DNA of 64,000 nt from Candidatus Latescibacterota bacterium (GCA_965198115.1 OZ240241.1:512001-576000), one strand, 5' to 3'; shown: positions 41,625-52,464, counted from the stretch's first letter. The notes: generated by a model not told the origin, from the sequence alone. A program made the numbers and translations.

Positions 41625-42336
41625 AGACCAGCTGGAGCGCACCGAGACTTTCGGATTGGATGAAGATGCGAAACACCGCGGTGTGATCGAGGCGCTCGTG
41701 ATCGCGTCCGATGAAGTCCTCACGGCCGGTCGTCTCGTCGAACTGGTCGGCAACGGAGTCGGGGTCAAAGAGGTCAAGCAGTATGTCGACGAGCTGAACA
41801 CGGAGTATGTACAAACGGGCCGCAGCTTTAAAATCGCCGAGGTAGCAGGTGGGTATCAGATGTCGGTGCACGGGGAGTTCGCACCGTGGATCCGCCAGCT
41901 GCTCCAGGCCAAACCGGTGCGTCTCTCTCAGGCCGCGCTCGAGACCCTGTCGATCATCGCGTTCAAGCAGCCGATTACCAAGGCCGAGGTCGAGCACATC
42001 AGGGGGGTCGTCTCCGACGGGGTGCTCCGGCACCTCTTGGAGAAGGGGCTGGTCCGGATCGCGGGCCGATCCGATGGGGTGGGTCGACCGCTGCTCTACG
42101 GAACCGCACGGGACTTTTTACGGTTCTTCGGGCTCAGAACGCTGGCTGAACTGCCCGAGATCAAGGAAGTGGAAGAACTGCTGAAAGAGGAGGAGGGGGC
42201 TCAGGCGGGCGAGGCGTTCGACGCATCGGATGAGGAGGGGGACGAGCCGGCCACCGACATCGATGGAGATACGACCGCTGGAACGTCTGAACAAATTCCT
42301 GGCGAGAACGGGCATCGGATCGAGGAGGACGTGTGA
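41617..42336 (+). CDS. scpB: Segregation/condensation protein B
   Basis: LSQAALETLSIIA, IRGV, GRPLLYGT. Confidence 0.94.
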   Translation: MSEDQLERTETFGLDEDAKHRGVIEALVIASDEVLTAGRLVELVGNGVGVKEVKQYVDELNTEYVQTGRSFKIAEVAGGYQMSVHGEFAPWIRQLLQAKPVRLSQAALETLSIIAFKQPITKAEVEHIRGVVSDGVLRHLLEKGLVRIAGRSDGVGRPLLYGTARDFLRFFGLRTLAELPEIKEVEELLKEEEGAQAGEAFDASDEEGDEPATDIDGDTTAGTSEQIPGENGHRIEEDV

Positions 42337-43003
42337 CCGCCTGATCCGATCGGGTGACGTCTCCGTCAACGACCGACGCGTCGACCATCCCGGGACGCGG
42401 ATCGACCCAGAGCGCGATCGTGTGACCTACGGCGGCCAGCTGATGAGGCCGCCGGACGTGTGTACCTATCTCGTGATTAACAAGCCGAGAGGCGTGGTCG
42501 TGACGGTCGACGACCCGCAGGGCCGCCGCTCGGTGCTCGATCTGATCGAGGGGGTCAATGCGCGTGTCTACCCCGTGGGGCGGCTCGACATGGATACGGG
42601 GGGTCTTTTGATTCTGACTGATGACGGCGAACTGGCCCATCGGCTGATGCATCCGCGATACGGTGTGGAAAAGACCTACGTCGCCGAGGTCAAGGATCGT
42701 CCGAACGATGGGGCGATACAGCGGTTGACCCGCGGCGTCGACCTGGAGGACGGGCCAACCGGTCGGGCGCGGGCAAGACGTCTCGGCCGTTCGAAGATCG
42801 AAGTCTCGATTCACGAGGGCCGCAACCGTCAGGTTCGGCGGATGTGCGAAGCCGTCGGGCATCCCGTCGTCTCCCTCGAGCGTACGGCCTTCGGTCCGCT
42901 CGGCCTAGGTGGACTCGACCGCGGACAGTGGCGACGGCTCGAGACATCGGAGGTCGTCGCGTTGCGGGAGGCGGTCGGCCTGGGCCGGGAGGAGACCTCG
43001 TGA
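42263..43003 (+). CDS. rluB: rRNA pseudouridine synthase (RluB/RsuA family)
   Basis: ERLNKFLA S4 domain, PVGRLD, HEGRNRQVRRM; overlaps the scpB tail. Confidence 0.9.
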   Translation: MEIRPLERLNKFLARTGIGSRRTCDRLIRSGDVSVNDRRVDHPGTRIDPERDRVTYGGQLMRPPDVCTYLVINKPRGVVVTVDDPQGRRSVLDLIEGVNARVYPVGRLDMDTGGLLILTDDGELAHRLMHPRYGVEKTYVAEVKDRPNDGAIQRLTRGVDLEDGPTGRARARRLGRSKIEVSIHEGRNRQVRRMCEAVGHPVVSLERTAFGPLGLGGLDRGQWRRLETSEVVALREAVGLGREETS

Positions 43004-43674
43004 GCGGTCTCGTGGTCGCTGTGGACGGCCCGGCCGGTGCGGGAAAGAGCACGACCGCCCGCCGCGTGGCCGAGGTCCTGGGTTACCTCTACCTCGACAC
43101 GGGCGCCATGTATCGGGCCGTAGGCTATCTCGTGATCTCCGAAGGAAGCGATCTGGAAGACGCAGACCGAGCGGCCGACATCGCCCGATCGATCGACGTG
43201 GTATTCAGGCCCGGGAAGCCGGAGCAGCGTGTTCTGGTCGATGGGGAAGACCTGACGGAAGCGATTCGGACGCCGACGGTCTCCGACGCGGCTTCGCGAG
43301 TGGCGGCGCACCCCGAGGTGAGGACGGCCCTGGTTGCGCGACAGCAGGCGATGGGGGCCGGAGGCGGTGTCGTCGTGGAAGGCCGCGATACGACGACGGT
43401 GGTGTTCCCGGACGCCGATCTGAAGATTTTTCTCGAGGCGAGTGTCGAGGCTCGGGCCGACCGCAGGATGGCCGAACTCGTCGGAAGGGGAGAGGCCGTC
43501 GCCGCGGAAACCGTGCGCGACCAGATCCGCGCCCGGGACGAGAGGGATCGGGATACCCAGTTGCGATACGGGCCCTGGCCCCCGGACGATGCGATCAGGA
43601 TCGATACGACCGGGCTGACGATCGAGGATCAGGTGGCCAGAGTGGTCGATCTGGCCCGTGAGCGTGCCTCGTGA
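43000..43674 (+). CDS. cmk: Cytidylate kinase
   Basis: DGPAGAGKST, YLDTGAMYR, VEGRD. Confidence 0.95.
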   Translation: MSGLVVAVDGPAGAGKSTTARRVAEVLGYLYLDTGAMYRAVGYLVISEGSDLEDADRAADIARSIDVVFRPGKPEQRVLVDGEDLTEAIRTPTVSDAASRVAAHPEVRTALVARQQAMGAGGGVVVEGRDTTTVVFPDADLKIFLEASVEARADRRMAELVGRGEAVAAETVRDQIRARDERDRDTQLRYGPWPPDDAIRIDTTGLTIEDQVARVVDLARERAS

Positions 43675-44285
43675 CGGGGGGTTCCCGCTTCTACCGGATG
43701 TGCTGGTGGCTGGCCCTGGGCCTTTCGCGGCTGCTTTTCCGTCTCCGTGTCGAGGGCGTCGCCCACATCCCGCGTGGCGTGGGGGTGATCGTGGCCTCCA
43801 ACCACGTCTCCTACGCTGACCCTCCAATGGTCGGTGTTGCGGCCCACAGAGAACTTTTTTATGTTACTAAACGGGAAGTTTTCCCCATCCCCGTGCTGGG
43901 GTGGCTCCTTCGAAATTGGAATGCCATCCCCATCGACCGATCGCGTGGCGATCGTGCCGCGCTCGTGGCCTACGAGGGCAAGTTAGTTGAGGGGAAAGCG
44001 GTTTTTATCGCCCCTGAGGGCACACGCAACAAAGGCCGCTCGTTCCTTCGCCCCAAACCGGGTGTGGGGATGCTCGTGTATCGCACCGGGGTGCCCGTCG
44101 TTCCGGCGTATGTGTCGGGCACGAGGCATCTTTGGTGGAGCCTGTTCGGCTGGGAGCCGATCGTCGTTCGCTTCGGCGCCCCCATCTACTACGACCGGGC
44201 GGGGCTCCCCGAGACGCGGCGAGAGGCCTACCAGGCGATCAGCCGCGACGTGATGGAAAAGATCGGAAACCTCAAGCAGGCGTGA
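43671..44285 (+). CDS. plsC: Lysophospholipid acyltransferase (PlsC family)
   Basis: NHVSYAD, PEGTR. Confidence 0.88.
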   Translation: MTGGSRFYRMCWWLALGLSRLLFRLRVEGVAHIPRGVGVIVASNHVSYADPPMVGVAAHRELFYVTKREVFPIPVLGWLLRNWNAIPIDRSRGDRAALVAYEGKLVEGKAVFIAPEGTRNKGRSFLRPKPGVGMLVYRTGVPVVPAYVSGTRHLWWSLFGWEPIVVRFGAPIYYDRAGLPETRREAYQAISRDVMEKIGNLKQA

Positions 44286-44430
44286 GCCCCACCGGCACGG
44301 CCGCCCTGCTCCATTCGATGTGTGCCGGCAGACACTAGGTCGCTCTGCGGCCTTTTATCCCAACTCCCCCAGGGCACGTCGTCCACATTCGCCCGATTCA
44401 GCACGCGGGGGACGAGGAGGTCCGAAACGG

Positions 44431-46389
44431 ATGCCTGAAGAGTCTACAACCGCCGACAAGTCGGTCCTGCCCACACCCGAAGAAGCCCTCAAGGCGCTCG
44501 ACGAGCTCGAGTACTCCGACACGGAGTTCGACGATCTCATGAGCCTCTATGAGGACACGATGACGAACATCCAACAGGGCGAGATCGTCGAGGGCACGGT
44601 TCTCAACATCGACGACGGCACCGTGGTGATCGACATCGGGTTCAAGTCCGAAGGTTCCGTCCCGATCGACGAGTTCACCAATCCCGAGGATATACAGCCG
44701 GGCCAGAAGGTCGAGGTGTTTTTAGAGACCGTCGAAGACCAGGAAGGTCAGATCGTTCTCTCCAAGACCAAGGCCGACTTCATGCGGGTCTGGGACCGCA
44801 TTAAAGAGGCCTACGACAGCAATCAGATGGTTGAGGGCCGGTTGGTGAGGCGCATCAAGGGTGGCATCGTCGTCGATCTGTTCGGTGTCGACGCGTTCCT
44901 GCCCGGATCTCAGATCGACATCAAGCAAGTCAAGAACTTCGACCAGTTCATCGGTGAGGTCTTCCCGTTCCGCATCATCAAGCTGAACAAGAACCGACGA
45001 AACATCGTTGTCTCTCGCCGAGTGGTTCTGGAGGAGGAGCGGGAGCGTCTCCGCAAGCAGATTCTGCAGACGCTCGAGGTCGGCCAGATTCGTAAAGGGT
45101 CCGTCAAGAACATCACCGACTTCGGCGGGTTCATCGATCTAGGTGGCCTCGATGGCCTCCTGCACATCACCGATATCTCCTGGGGCCGCGTGGGGCATCC
45201 GTCGGATGTGCTGTCGATCGGCGACGAAGTCGAAGTGAAGGTCCTGAACTACGACAAGGAGCGGGAGCGGATCTCCTTGGGCCTGAAGCAGCTGCAGCCG
45301 CACCCGTGGGAGAATGTGGGCGACGCCTACCCCAAGGGCGCGCGTGTCCAGGGCAAAGTTGTCAGTATCACAGACTACGGTGCCTTCGTCGAGCTGGAAG
45401 AAGGCGTAGAGGGTCTGGTTCACATTTCGGAGATGTCGTGGACCCAACACATACGGCATCCTTCCAAGCTTCTTACGATCGGCGACGAGGTCACGGTCGT
45501 GATTCTGAACGTGGATGCCGACGATCAGAAGATCTCCCTCGGCCTCAAGCAGGTGACACCCGATCCCTGGCTCACCCTCGACGAACAATACCCACCCGGC
45601 ACGAAGCTCAACGGGAAGGTGCGTAATCTCACGAACTTCGGCGCTTTTGTGGAAATCGAAGAAGGCATCGACGGTCTGGTCCATATCTCCGATATGTCCT
45701 GGACCAAGCGCGTGCGACATCCTAACGAGATCGTGAAAAAGGGCCAGGAGCTCGAAGTCGTCGTGATCAACATCGACAAAGAACGACGCAGGATCTCGCT
45801 CGGCCACAAACAGACGATCGAGAATCCGTGGGCTGGTCTGGCGGTGCAGTATGCGGTCGGTACGCAGACACACGGTAACGTATCCCGCCTGCTCGAACGC
45901 GGCGTGGTCGTCGACCTGGAAGGGGACGTCGAAGGATTTGTCCCGGCCTCGCAGCTGGGGGTGCCCAACCTGAAGAGGACCGATGAGCATTTCGAGGTGG
46001 GTGAGGCCATTCCGGCCAAAGTCGTCGAGTTCGACGAAGACCAAAAGAAGATCGTTCTGAGCGTCCAGGAGTATTTGCGCGACGCCGAGCAGGCCGAAAT
46101 CGACGCCTATCTCGGGTCACACAAGCAGCGTGAGGTCGATCCACGCGAAGCCGATCCGGACGAAGACGACTCGGATTTCTACGATCCGGACGGTGCGCCG
46201 TTGGAGGGTGAATCCGGTGGAGAGACAGAAGCTCCCGAGGAAGGGTCGACCGACGGGGCGCCCGCAGCAGAGGTGCCTGTAGCTGAGGCGCCCGCAGACG
46301 AGGCACCCGCAGAAGAAACGGTGTCCGCCGCCGACGACGTCCAGGCTGAAGAGGAAGCTTCAGAAGACGAACCTGCCGTCGAGGCCTGA
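44431..46389 (+). CDS. rpsA: 30S ribosomal protein S1
   Basis: Six S1 repeats (GLLHITD, GLVHISE, GLVHISD), SD GAGGAGG, acidic tail. Confidence 0.97.
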   Translation: MPEESTTADKSVLPTPEEALKALDELEYSDTEFDDLMSLYEDTMTNIQQGEIVEGTVLNIDDGTVVIDIGFKSEGSVPIDEFTNPEDIQPGQKVEVFLETVEDQEGQIVLSKTKADFMRVWDRIKEAYDSNQMVEGRLVRRIKGGIVVDLFGVDAFLPGSQIDIKQVKNFDQFIGEVFPFRIIKLNKNRRNIVVSRRVVLEEERERLRKQILQTLEVGQIRKGSVKNITDFGGFIDLGGLDGLLHITDISWGRVGHPSDVLSIGDEVEVKVLNYDKERERISLGLKQLQPHPWENVGDAYPKGARVQGKVVSITDYGAFVELEEGVEGLVHISEMSWTQHIRHPSKLLTIGDEVTVVILNVDADDQKISLGLKQVTPDPWLTLDEQYPPGTKLNGKVRNLTNFGAFVEIEEGIDGLVHISDMSWTKRVRHPNEIVKKGQELEVVVINIDKERRRISLGHKQTIENPWAGLAVQYAVGTQTHGNVSRLLERGVVVDLEGDVEGFVPASQLGVPNLKRTDEHFEVGEAIPAKVVEFDEDQKKIVLSVQEYLRDAEQAEIDAYLGSHKQREVDPREADPDEDDSDFYDPDGAPLEGESGGETEAPEEGSTDGAPAAEVPVAEAPADEAPAEETVSAADDVQAEEEASEDEPAVEA

Positions 46390-46414
46390 TCGGCCGTCGC
46401 AAACGATCGATCCA

Positions 46415-46456
46415 GAAGAGTTGGGGGTGCGTTCCGCTTCCAACTCTTCGTTTTTT
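46415..46456 (+). terminator. Intrinsic terminator after rpsA
   Basis: gaagagttgg...ccaactcttc followed by T6. Confidence 0.8.
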
Positions 46457-46476
46457 AGACCCCGGTTTGGTGATCC

Positions 46477-47790
46477 GTGATTGAGATGAAAGACCCCAAG
46501 ACGGTTGCTTTCCACACGCTCGGTTGCAAGCTGAACGTCTACGATACGGAGTGGCACCGCGAGCAGTTCGTGGATGCAGGCTATGTCGAAGTGCCGTTCG
46601 GCGACAGGGCCGACGTGACGGTCGTGAACACATGCACGGTCACCGGACAGGGCGACGCACAATCGCGGCAGATGTTGCGTCGGGCGCATCGTGCTTCCCC
46701 CGAAGGGGTCGTGGTTGCCACCGGGTGCTACGCCCAGATGGATCCCGAGGCGCTATCCGACATGCCCGAAGTGGATATCGTCGTTGGGACGGCAGAGAAG
46801 ACCAGGCTGATCGATCTCGTCAACAGCACGTGCTCGCTGGGCCGGACTTTCGTCACGCGCAGTCGCACCGCCGATTTCCAGGACATGGACATCTACAATT
46901 TCGGGACGCGCGCCCGGGCGTTCGTGAAGATCCAGGAAGGCTGCGACGAGTTCTGCTCATTCTGTATCATCCCGTTTGCCCGGGGGCGGAGCCGAAGTCG
47001 CACCGTGGCGAGTACCGTCGAGCAGGTAAGGCGACTGGTCGACGCGGGCTACGCCGAGGTCGTGCTGACGGGTGTTCACATCGGCGATTTCAAAACCGGT
47101 GATGGATCGGAGTTGATCGACGTCCTGGAGTCGGTCGATCGCGTGCCGGGGTTGCATCGCTTCAGGGTCAGTTCGATCGAGGCGTCGTTCGTGACGGACG
47201 CGATGATCGACTTCTTCGCGACGTCGGAGCGATTTTGCCGCCACCTTCACATCCCGTTGCAGAGTGGCGACGACGAGGTTCTGGGAGCGATGCGAAGACC
47301 CTACCGATCTGGGGTCTACGCGGATCTTCTCGCGCGTCTTACCGACCGGATTCCGGATCTGGCCGTCGGGGCCGACGTGATGGTCGGGTTTCCGGGGGAG
47401 TCGGATGCGGCCTTCCGGCGAACACTCGACCTGGTTCAGCGAACTCCCCTGGTCTTCCTGCACGTCTTTCCTTATTCTCCCAGAGGAAACACCCCGGCCG
47501 CCCGCCTGTCGGATCAGATCCCGCCCCAGGTCAAAAAGGCGCGGGGCGCCGAGCTGCGTAAGCTCGGGAAGGCCAAGGCCGATGCCTATCAGCGACGGTT
47601 CCTGGGCCAGACCACTGGCGTGCTGTTCGAAAACCGACGCGATGCCACGACCGGCTATCTGCACGGCCTGACGGACACCTATATTCGGGTTTTCGCGCCG
47701 GGACCCGACTCGGCGCGCGATACGATTCAGTCTGTTCGACTCGAGTCCGTCGAAGCTGAGCGAATGATGGGCCGCATCGTCTCAGACTGA
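46477..47790 (+). CDS. mtaB: tRNA t6A37 methylthiotransferase
   Basis: HTLGCKLN, NTCTVT, GCYAQ, CDEFCSFC, HVFPYSPR. Confidence 0.9.
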   Translation: MIEMKDPKTVAFHTLGCKLNVYDTEWHREQFVDAGYVEVPFGDRADVTVVNTCTVTGQGDAQSRQMLRRAHRASPEGVVVATGCYAQMDPEALSDMPEVDIVVGTAEKTRLIDLVNSTCSLGRTFVTRSRTADFQDMDIYNFGTRARAFVKIQEGCDEFCSFCIIPFARGRSRSRTVASTVEQVRRLVDAGYAEVVLTGVHIGDFKTGDGSELIDVLESVDRVPGLHRFRVSSIEASFVTDAMIDFFATSERFCRHLHIPLQSGDDEVLGAMRRPYRSGVYADLLARLTDRIPDLAVGADVMVGFPGESDAAFRRTLDLVQRTPLVFLHVFPYSPRGNTPAARLSDQIPPQVKKARGAELRKLGKAKADAYQRRFLGQTTGVLFENRRDATTGYLHGLTDTYIRVFAPGPDSARDTIQSVRLESVEAERMMGRIVSD

Positions 47791-47876
47791 CGCGGATAAC
47801 CTTCCCTCTCGCACTACCGCTTCCGCTCGCGGAGGCCGTCTCCCCCGCACGGCAATCACACACTGGTAGAGGTGCT

Positions 47877-48326
47877 ATGGCGACCATTCGTCGAGCCGGC
47901 CCTGCAGACTTTCTGGCCGTTGCCCGGCTCGATCGTGAGGCGTGGACCGAAAGTCGCCACGCGACGTTCATTCCCGACGGAGAACACGCGTGGCGTCTGT
48001 GGGTCGAACACGCGATCGTGGTCGAGGTCGACGGTGAGGTGGTCGGTGCAGCTCTGGCGTTTCCGACCCAGTTGGATACGTATTGCCTTCACAAGATTTT
48101 CGTCGAACGCAGTCGGCGAGGTCAGGGGCTCGGGGGCGATCTGATGGCGGCGACCCTGAAGGAAGTCGAGGCGTTGGGGGTCGCGTGCTTTCTGACGGTG
48201 GACCCGGTCAACGAGGCGGCCATCACATTGTATGAGAACTGGGGGTTCACCGAGCGAACCTTCGTCGAGGGCTACTATCGACCCGAGGAAGATCGACTTG
48301 TGCTGACCAAACCCGCCCCGTCGTGA
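47877..48326 (+). CDS. GNAT N-acetyltransferase
   Basis: RRGQGLG, N..AITLYE.WGF. Confidence 0.88.
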   Translation: MATIRRAGPADFLAVARLDREAWTESRHATFIPDGEHAWRLWVEHAIVVEVDGEVVGAALAFPTQLDTYCLHKIFVERSRRGQGLGGDLMAATLKEVEALGVACFLTVDPVNEAAITLYENWGFTERTFVEGYYRPEEDRLVLTKPAPS

Positions 48327-48341
48327 TCGAGGAGGATGCGA

Positions 48342-48908
48342 ATGGCCTTTCAACCGGAAACCTATGGATCCGCGTTCTCGAGTCTGCTGGCGGAAACGAG
48401 GACCAACTCGCTCGACGGCGGGGCTCCCAACACGAGTGTGCGGTCCGAACTCGATGCGCTCTCGGTCGATTCGGCCTTTGCCGGTCAGACGATTACGGAC
48501 GACGAGATGGCCGAATGTTGTGTGTCGGCGGTGTGGCTCTACCACAACTTCCTGGATGAATCGCACACGATCAGCCAGAATATCCACTCCACAAGCGGCA
48601 GCTACTGGCACGGGATCATGCATCGACGCGAACCCGATTTCTCGAATGCCAAGTACTGGTTTCGGAAGGTTGGAGACCACGAGGTTTTCGGTGCGGTGGC
48701 CGATGCCGCGAAGGCGGCTGCCACAGAAATGCCGGATGAAGCAGCCTTCCTTGCCGGGCAGCGTGCGTGGGATCCATATGCGTTCATCGATCTGTGTGAA
48801 TCCGCCCTTGCCGGACAGTCCGGCACAGACGCGCTCTGTCGCGACATTCAACAGCGGGAATTCGAGATCCTCTTCGATCACTGCTATCGGGAAACGATCG
48901 GAGGATGA
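48342..48908 (+). CDS. Hypothetical protein
   Basis: SD GAGGAGG; motif-like ESHTISQ...SYWHGIMHRREPDFSNAKYWF. Confidence 0.8.
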   Translation: MAFQPETYGSAFSSLLAETRTNSLDGGAPNTSVRSELDALSVDSAFAGQTITDDEMAECCVSAVWLYHNFLDESHTISQNIHSTSGSYWHGIMHRREPDFSNAKYWFRKVGDHEVFGAVADAAKAAATEMPDEAAFLAGQRAWDPYAFIDLCESALAGQSGTDALCRDIQQREFEILFDHCYRETIGG

Positions 48909-49735
48909 TTCTAGTCGTTCTGGGAACGGTGTGGGCAATCGTCGTGCCCGGCGCGGCGATTGCCGATCGGGGGGTCGATCTGTTCGTCGCGGGAGACGAC
49001 GTCGGCGCGCGTCGTGCGTTCGAGGCTCGTCTTGATGCTACGCCGGAGGATGCCGTCGCCCTCTATTACCTGGGCAGGTTGACGCCCGAGGATGGTTTGG
49101 CCGCCCGTCACTTCGAGAGGCTGCTCGAGGTCGCGCCTGATGATTCGCTGGCCGACGACGCGCGTCTCGCCCTGGCTGAGTCGGCCTACGCCAGTCCTCT
49201 GGGTCTGTTCAAGACCGCCCGTCGCCACTATCGACGTCTGATCGAGGACTATCCTCGCAGCGAACACCGCCACCTGGCGCTTTACCGTCTGGGGAAGACG
49301 TTCGTGGTGACCGGTGAGCCAGACTCGGCCTCCGTCTACTTTTCGCAGGTCTTGGAAGCGGGTGTTGGCGATCTACGCACGTTCGCGCGCTTCGGTGAGG
49401 CCGAGGCATTGCGCCAGGCAGGGAAGCAGGTCACACAGCCCGATGCCGATCCCGTGTATCCTTTCGCGAGCGGGCGTGCAGGTCCTTCGCCAATGGCGAC
49501 GAACGATGAGGGTTCCGCATACTGGATTCAGGCGGGCGCCTTTCGCCGCGAGGAGGGAGCTCGCGTGTTGGCGGAACGACTGCGTATCGCGAAACTGTCT
49601 GTCGAGCAGCACCGGAATAGCCGTGGTCTGATCGTGTTGCGTGTCGGACCCTTTCCCAGTCGCGAGGAGGCGGTGAGAATCGTCCGCCACCTCAAGGATG
49701 TCGAACACATCGATGCGATGGTGATCGCCCCGTAG
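48905..49735 (+). CDS. Exported TPR + SPOR-domain protein
   Basis: Signal peptide, TPRs, YWIQAGAF...RVGPF (SPOR). Confidence 0.82.
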   Translation: MILVVLGTVWAIVVPGAAIADRGVDLFVAGDDVGARRAFEARLDATPEDAVALYYLGRLTPEDGLAARHFERLLEVAPDDSLADDARLALAESAYASPLGLFKTARRHYRRLIEDYPRSEHRHLALYRLGKTFVVTGEPDSASVYFSQVLEAGVGDLRTFARFGEAEALRQAGKQVTQPDADPVYPFASGRAGPSPMATNDEGSAYWIQAGAFRREEGARVLAERLRIAKLSVEQHRNSRGLIVLRVGPFPSREEAVRIVRHLKDVEHIDAMVIAP

Positions 49736-49738
49736 CCC

Positions 49739-52396
49739 ATGTCCGCCGAACCCACACCGATGATGCAGCAGTATCAGAGTTTCAAACAGGCGCACCCCGA
49801 TGCCCTGTTGTTGTTCCGCATGGGGGATTTTTACGAGACGTTCTTCGAGGACGCCAAGGAAGCCTCGCGGTTGCTGGGGTTGACGCTCACTAGACGAAAC
49901 AACGGAAAGGCCGAGGATGTGCCTCTGGCCGGGTTGCCCTATCACGCGCTGGACACCTACCTGGCACGGCTTGTCAAGGCGGGCAGGAAGGTGGCGATCT
50001 GCGAGCAGATGGAGCCGCCGACGAAGGGGAAAAAGGTCGTTCGTCGCGAGGTGGTTCAGGTCGTGTCACCGGGAACCGTGCTCGCCGAGGACCTGCTCGA
50101 CCATCGGCGTAACAATCACCTGATTGCCGTCCACGTCGAAGGCGAGACCGTCGGCCTGGCTGTACTCGATCTGTCGACCGGAGCGTTCCGGGTGATGGAG
50201 CGGCCGACGGAGCGTCTTTGGGATCTGCTGGAGCAACTCGGAGCTGCCGAGGTTCTTGCCCCGGCTTCGTGGTGTGAGAACCGGGCAGCAGCCCTGTCGG
50301 AGCGACTTCCCGGCGTCCTGGTCACCCCCGCGGAGGACTGGACGTTCGGCGCGAACTACGCCCGGGAAAAGCTGCTCGCGCATTTCAAGACCCATTCGTT
50401 GGAAGGCTTCGGGTGCGAGGACCTGAATGTGGCCATCGGGTCGGCGGGTGCCGCCCTGGCCTACGTGAGCGAGAACCAGAAGGGTGCCGTGCCGCACATT
50501 ACCCGAATCGGGGTCGATCGTGCGGGCGCCCACGTCGTGCTCGATCGGGTGACGCAGCGAAACCTGGAGCTGACGGTCTCCGCGCGAGACGGCAGCCGAG
50601 AAGGCACGCTGATCTCGGTCGTGGATCGCACTCGCACGTCTCCGGGTGCCCGAACACTGCGATCGTGGTTGTTCAACCCGCTGACCGACGTGGAGGCGAT
50701 CCGGTCTCGACACGACGCGGTCGAAGAGCTGGTCACCGGGGATGGCCTGCGATCCGACCTGCGGGCTGCGCTTCAGGACGTTTCGGACCTCGAACGATTG
50801 ATGTCGCGCGTCTGCTGTGGGCGAGCGACACCACGGGATGCGGCCGTACTGGGCAAGTCCTGCGCGTGTTCGCCCGTCGTGCGTGCGGCTTTGGGTCCGG
50901 CGACCAGCGACCTGCTCGTGGCCGTTCGTGAAGAGGGGCTGCCCGATCTGGAGCCGTTGACGTCGCTGATCGCGTCGGCGCTGGTCGATGAGCCACCCCT
51001 GCAGATCGCGGAGGGTGGGGTGATTCGTGAGGGATACGACGCGCGTCTCGATACGCTTCGCGAGGCCGCTTCGGGGGGCCGCAGCTGGGTCGCCAGACTT
51101 CAGAATCAGGAACGCGAGTCGACGGGTATTCCCTCTCTCAAGGTCGGATTCAACCGTGCCTTCGGCTATTACATCGAAGTCACTAAGGCCAACATCGCCC
51201 GTGTGCCTGCCACCTACGAACGCAAGCAGACGCTCGTGAATGCCGAACGCTTCGTGACACAGGATCTCAAGGAATGGGAAGCCAAGATCCTCGGCGCGGA
51301 CGAGCAGTCGAAGGCGTTGGAGCGTAAGCTGTTCCACGAGCTGCGGGAAACGGTGGCCGGCTACGTAGCGGGTGTGCAGGAGACGGCCCGCGCTCTGGCG
51401 ACGGTCGACGTGCTGGCGAGTCTGGCCGACGTAGCCGTGGACGCCGACTACGTGCGCCCGGAGGTCGACGAGGGCGCGGCCATCGACATCGAGGGCGGCC
51501 GGCACCCCGTCGTGGAGGATCTTCTGCCTGCCGGTGCCTTCGTGGCCAACGACGTGTGTGTCGACGGCGACCGGGACCAGATTCTGATCATCACCGGGCC
51601 GAACATGGCGGGCAAGTCGACGATCCTGCGTCAGGTCGGGTTGATCGTCTTGCTTGCCCAAGCAGGGTCTTTCGTGCCAGCGCGGGGCGCACGCATCGGC
51701 GTGACCGACAGGATTTTCACGCGCGTGGGTGCCTCCGACAACCTGGCCCGCGGCGAGAGTACCTTTCTCGTGGAGATGAACGAAGCCGCGAACATTTTGA
51801 ACAACGCCACACCGCGAAGTCTCGTCCTGCTGGACGAAATCGGGCGCGGAACGAGTACGTTCGACGGGCTCAGCATCGCGTGGGCGATGACAGAGCATCT
51901 CCACAATACCTCGATTAGGCCACGGGCCCTGTTCGCCACGCACTATCACGAGTTGACCGAGCTGGAGGAGATGCTCCCACGTGTACGGAACTTCAGCGTG
52001 TCGGTCCGTGAGCGTGCGGGCGAGGTCGTCTTTCTGCATACGCTCGTGCCAGGCGGCTGTGACCACAGCTACGGCATCGAGGTGGCGCGACTGGCCGGCA
52101 TGCCGGCCGAGCTGATCGATCGAGCAAAGACGATTCTCGCGCGTCTTGCCCAGAACGATCTGTCGATGTCGGGTTCGGTGGTGCGTCGATCGCGGAAGGT
52201 GAAGGAGGATGAGAGTCAGTTCACGTTGTTCGGCAGCGACACGCACGCTGATCCGCACCCGGTGCTTGCGGCGTTGAAGGATCTGGATGTGGACGGAATG
52301 ACGCCCGTCGAGGCTATTGTGAAGTTGGCGGAGTTGAAGCGAGAGGCCGAGTCGGCGGGCGCAAACGGAGCGACCAGGGGACAGCAGATCGGGTAG
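49739..52396 (+). CDS. mutS: DNA mismatch repair protein MutS
   Basis: TPMMQQY, GDFYETF, GPNMAGKST, DEIGRGTST, ATHYHEL. Confidence 0.97.
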   Translation: MSAEPTPMMQQYQSFKQAHPDALLLFRMGDFYETFFEDAKEASRLLGLTLTRRNNGKAEDVPLAGLPYHALDTYLARLVKAGRKVAICEQMEPPTKGKKVVRREVVQVVSPGTVLAEDLLDHRRNNHLIAVHVEGETVGLAVLDLSTGAFRVMERPTERLWDLLEQLGAAEVLAPASWCENRAAALSERLPGVLVTPAEDWTFGANYAREKLLAHFKTHSLEGFGCEDLNVAIGSAGAALAYVSENQKGAVPHITRIGVDRAGAHVVLDRVTQRNLELTVSARDGSREGTLISVVDRTRTSPGARTLRSWLFNPLTDVEAIRSRHDAVEELVTGDGLRSDLRAALQDVSDLERLMSRVCCGRATPRDAAVLGKSCACSPVVRAALGPATSDLLVAVREEGLPDLEPLTSLIASALVDEPPLQIAEGGVIREGYDARLDTLREAASGGRSWVARLQNQERESTGIPSLKVGFNRAFGYYIEVTKANIARVPATYERKQTLVNAERFVTQDLKEWEAKILGADEQSKALERKLFHELRETVAGYVAGVQETARALATVDVLASLADVAVDADYVRPEVDEGAAIDIEGGRHPVVEDLLPAGAFVANDVCVDGDRDQILIITGPNMAGKSTILRQVGLIVLLAQAGSFVPARGARIGVTDRIFTRVGASDNLARGESTFLVEMNEAANILNNATPRSLVLLDEIGRGTSTFDGLSIAWAMTEHLHNTSIRPRALFATHYHELTELEEMLPRVRNFSVSVRERAGEVVFLHTLVPGGCDHSYGIEVARLAGMPAELIDRAKTILARLAQNDLSMSGSVVRRSRKVKEDESQFTLFGSDTHADPHPVLAALKDLDVDGMTPVEAIVKLAELKREAESAGANGATRGQQIG

Positions 52397-52426
52397 ACAC
52401 GCTCTCGATCGTCAGTTTAAAAAGGC

Positions 52427-52463
52427 AAAGAGGCCCCTGCATCGGGCAGGGCCTCTTTTTTTT
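52427..52463 (+). terminator. Intrinsic terminator after mutS
   Basis: aaagaggcccctgc-atcgg-gcagggcctc followed by T8. Confidence 0.85.
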
Positions 52464-52464
52464 G

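Noticed and set aside
42263-42336. scpB/rluB 74-bp overlap as a frameshift
   Set aside because: Both proteins are complete; the overlap only involves the low-complexity ScpB tail.
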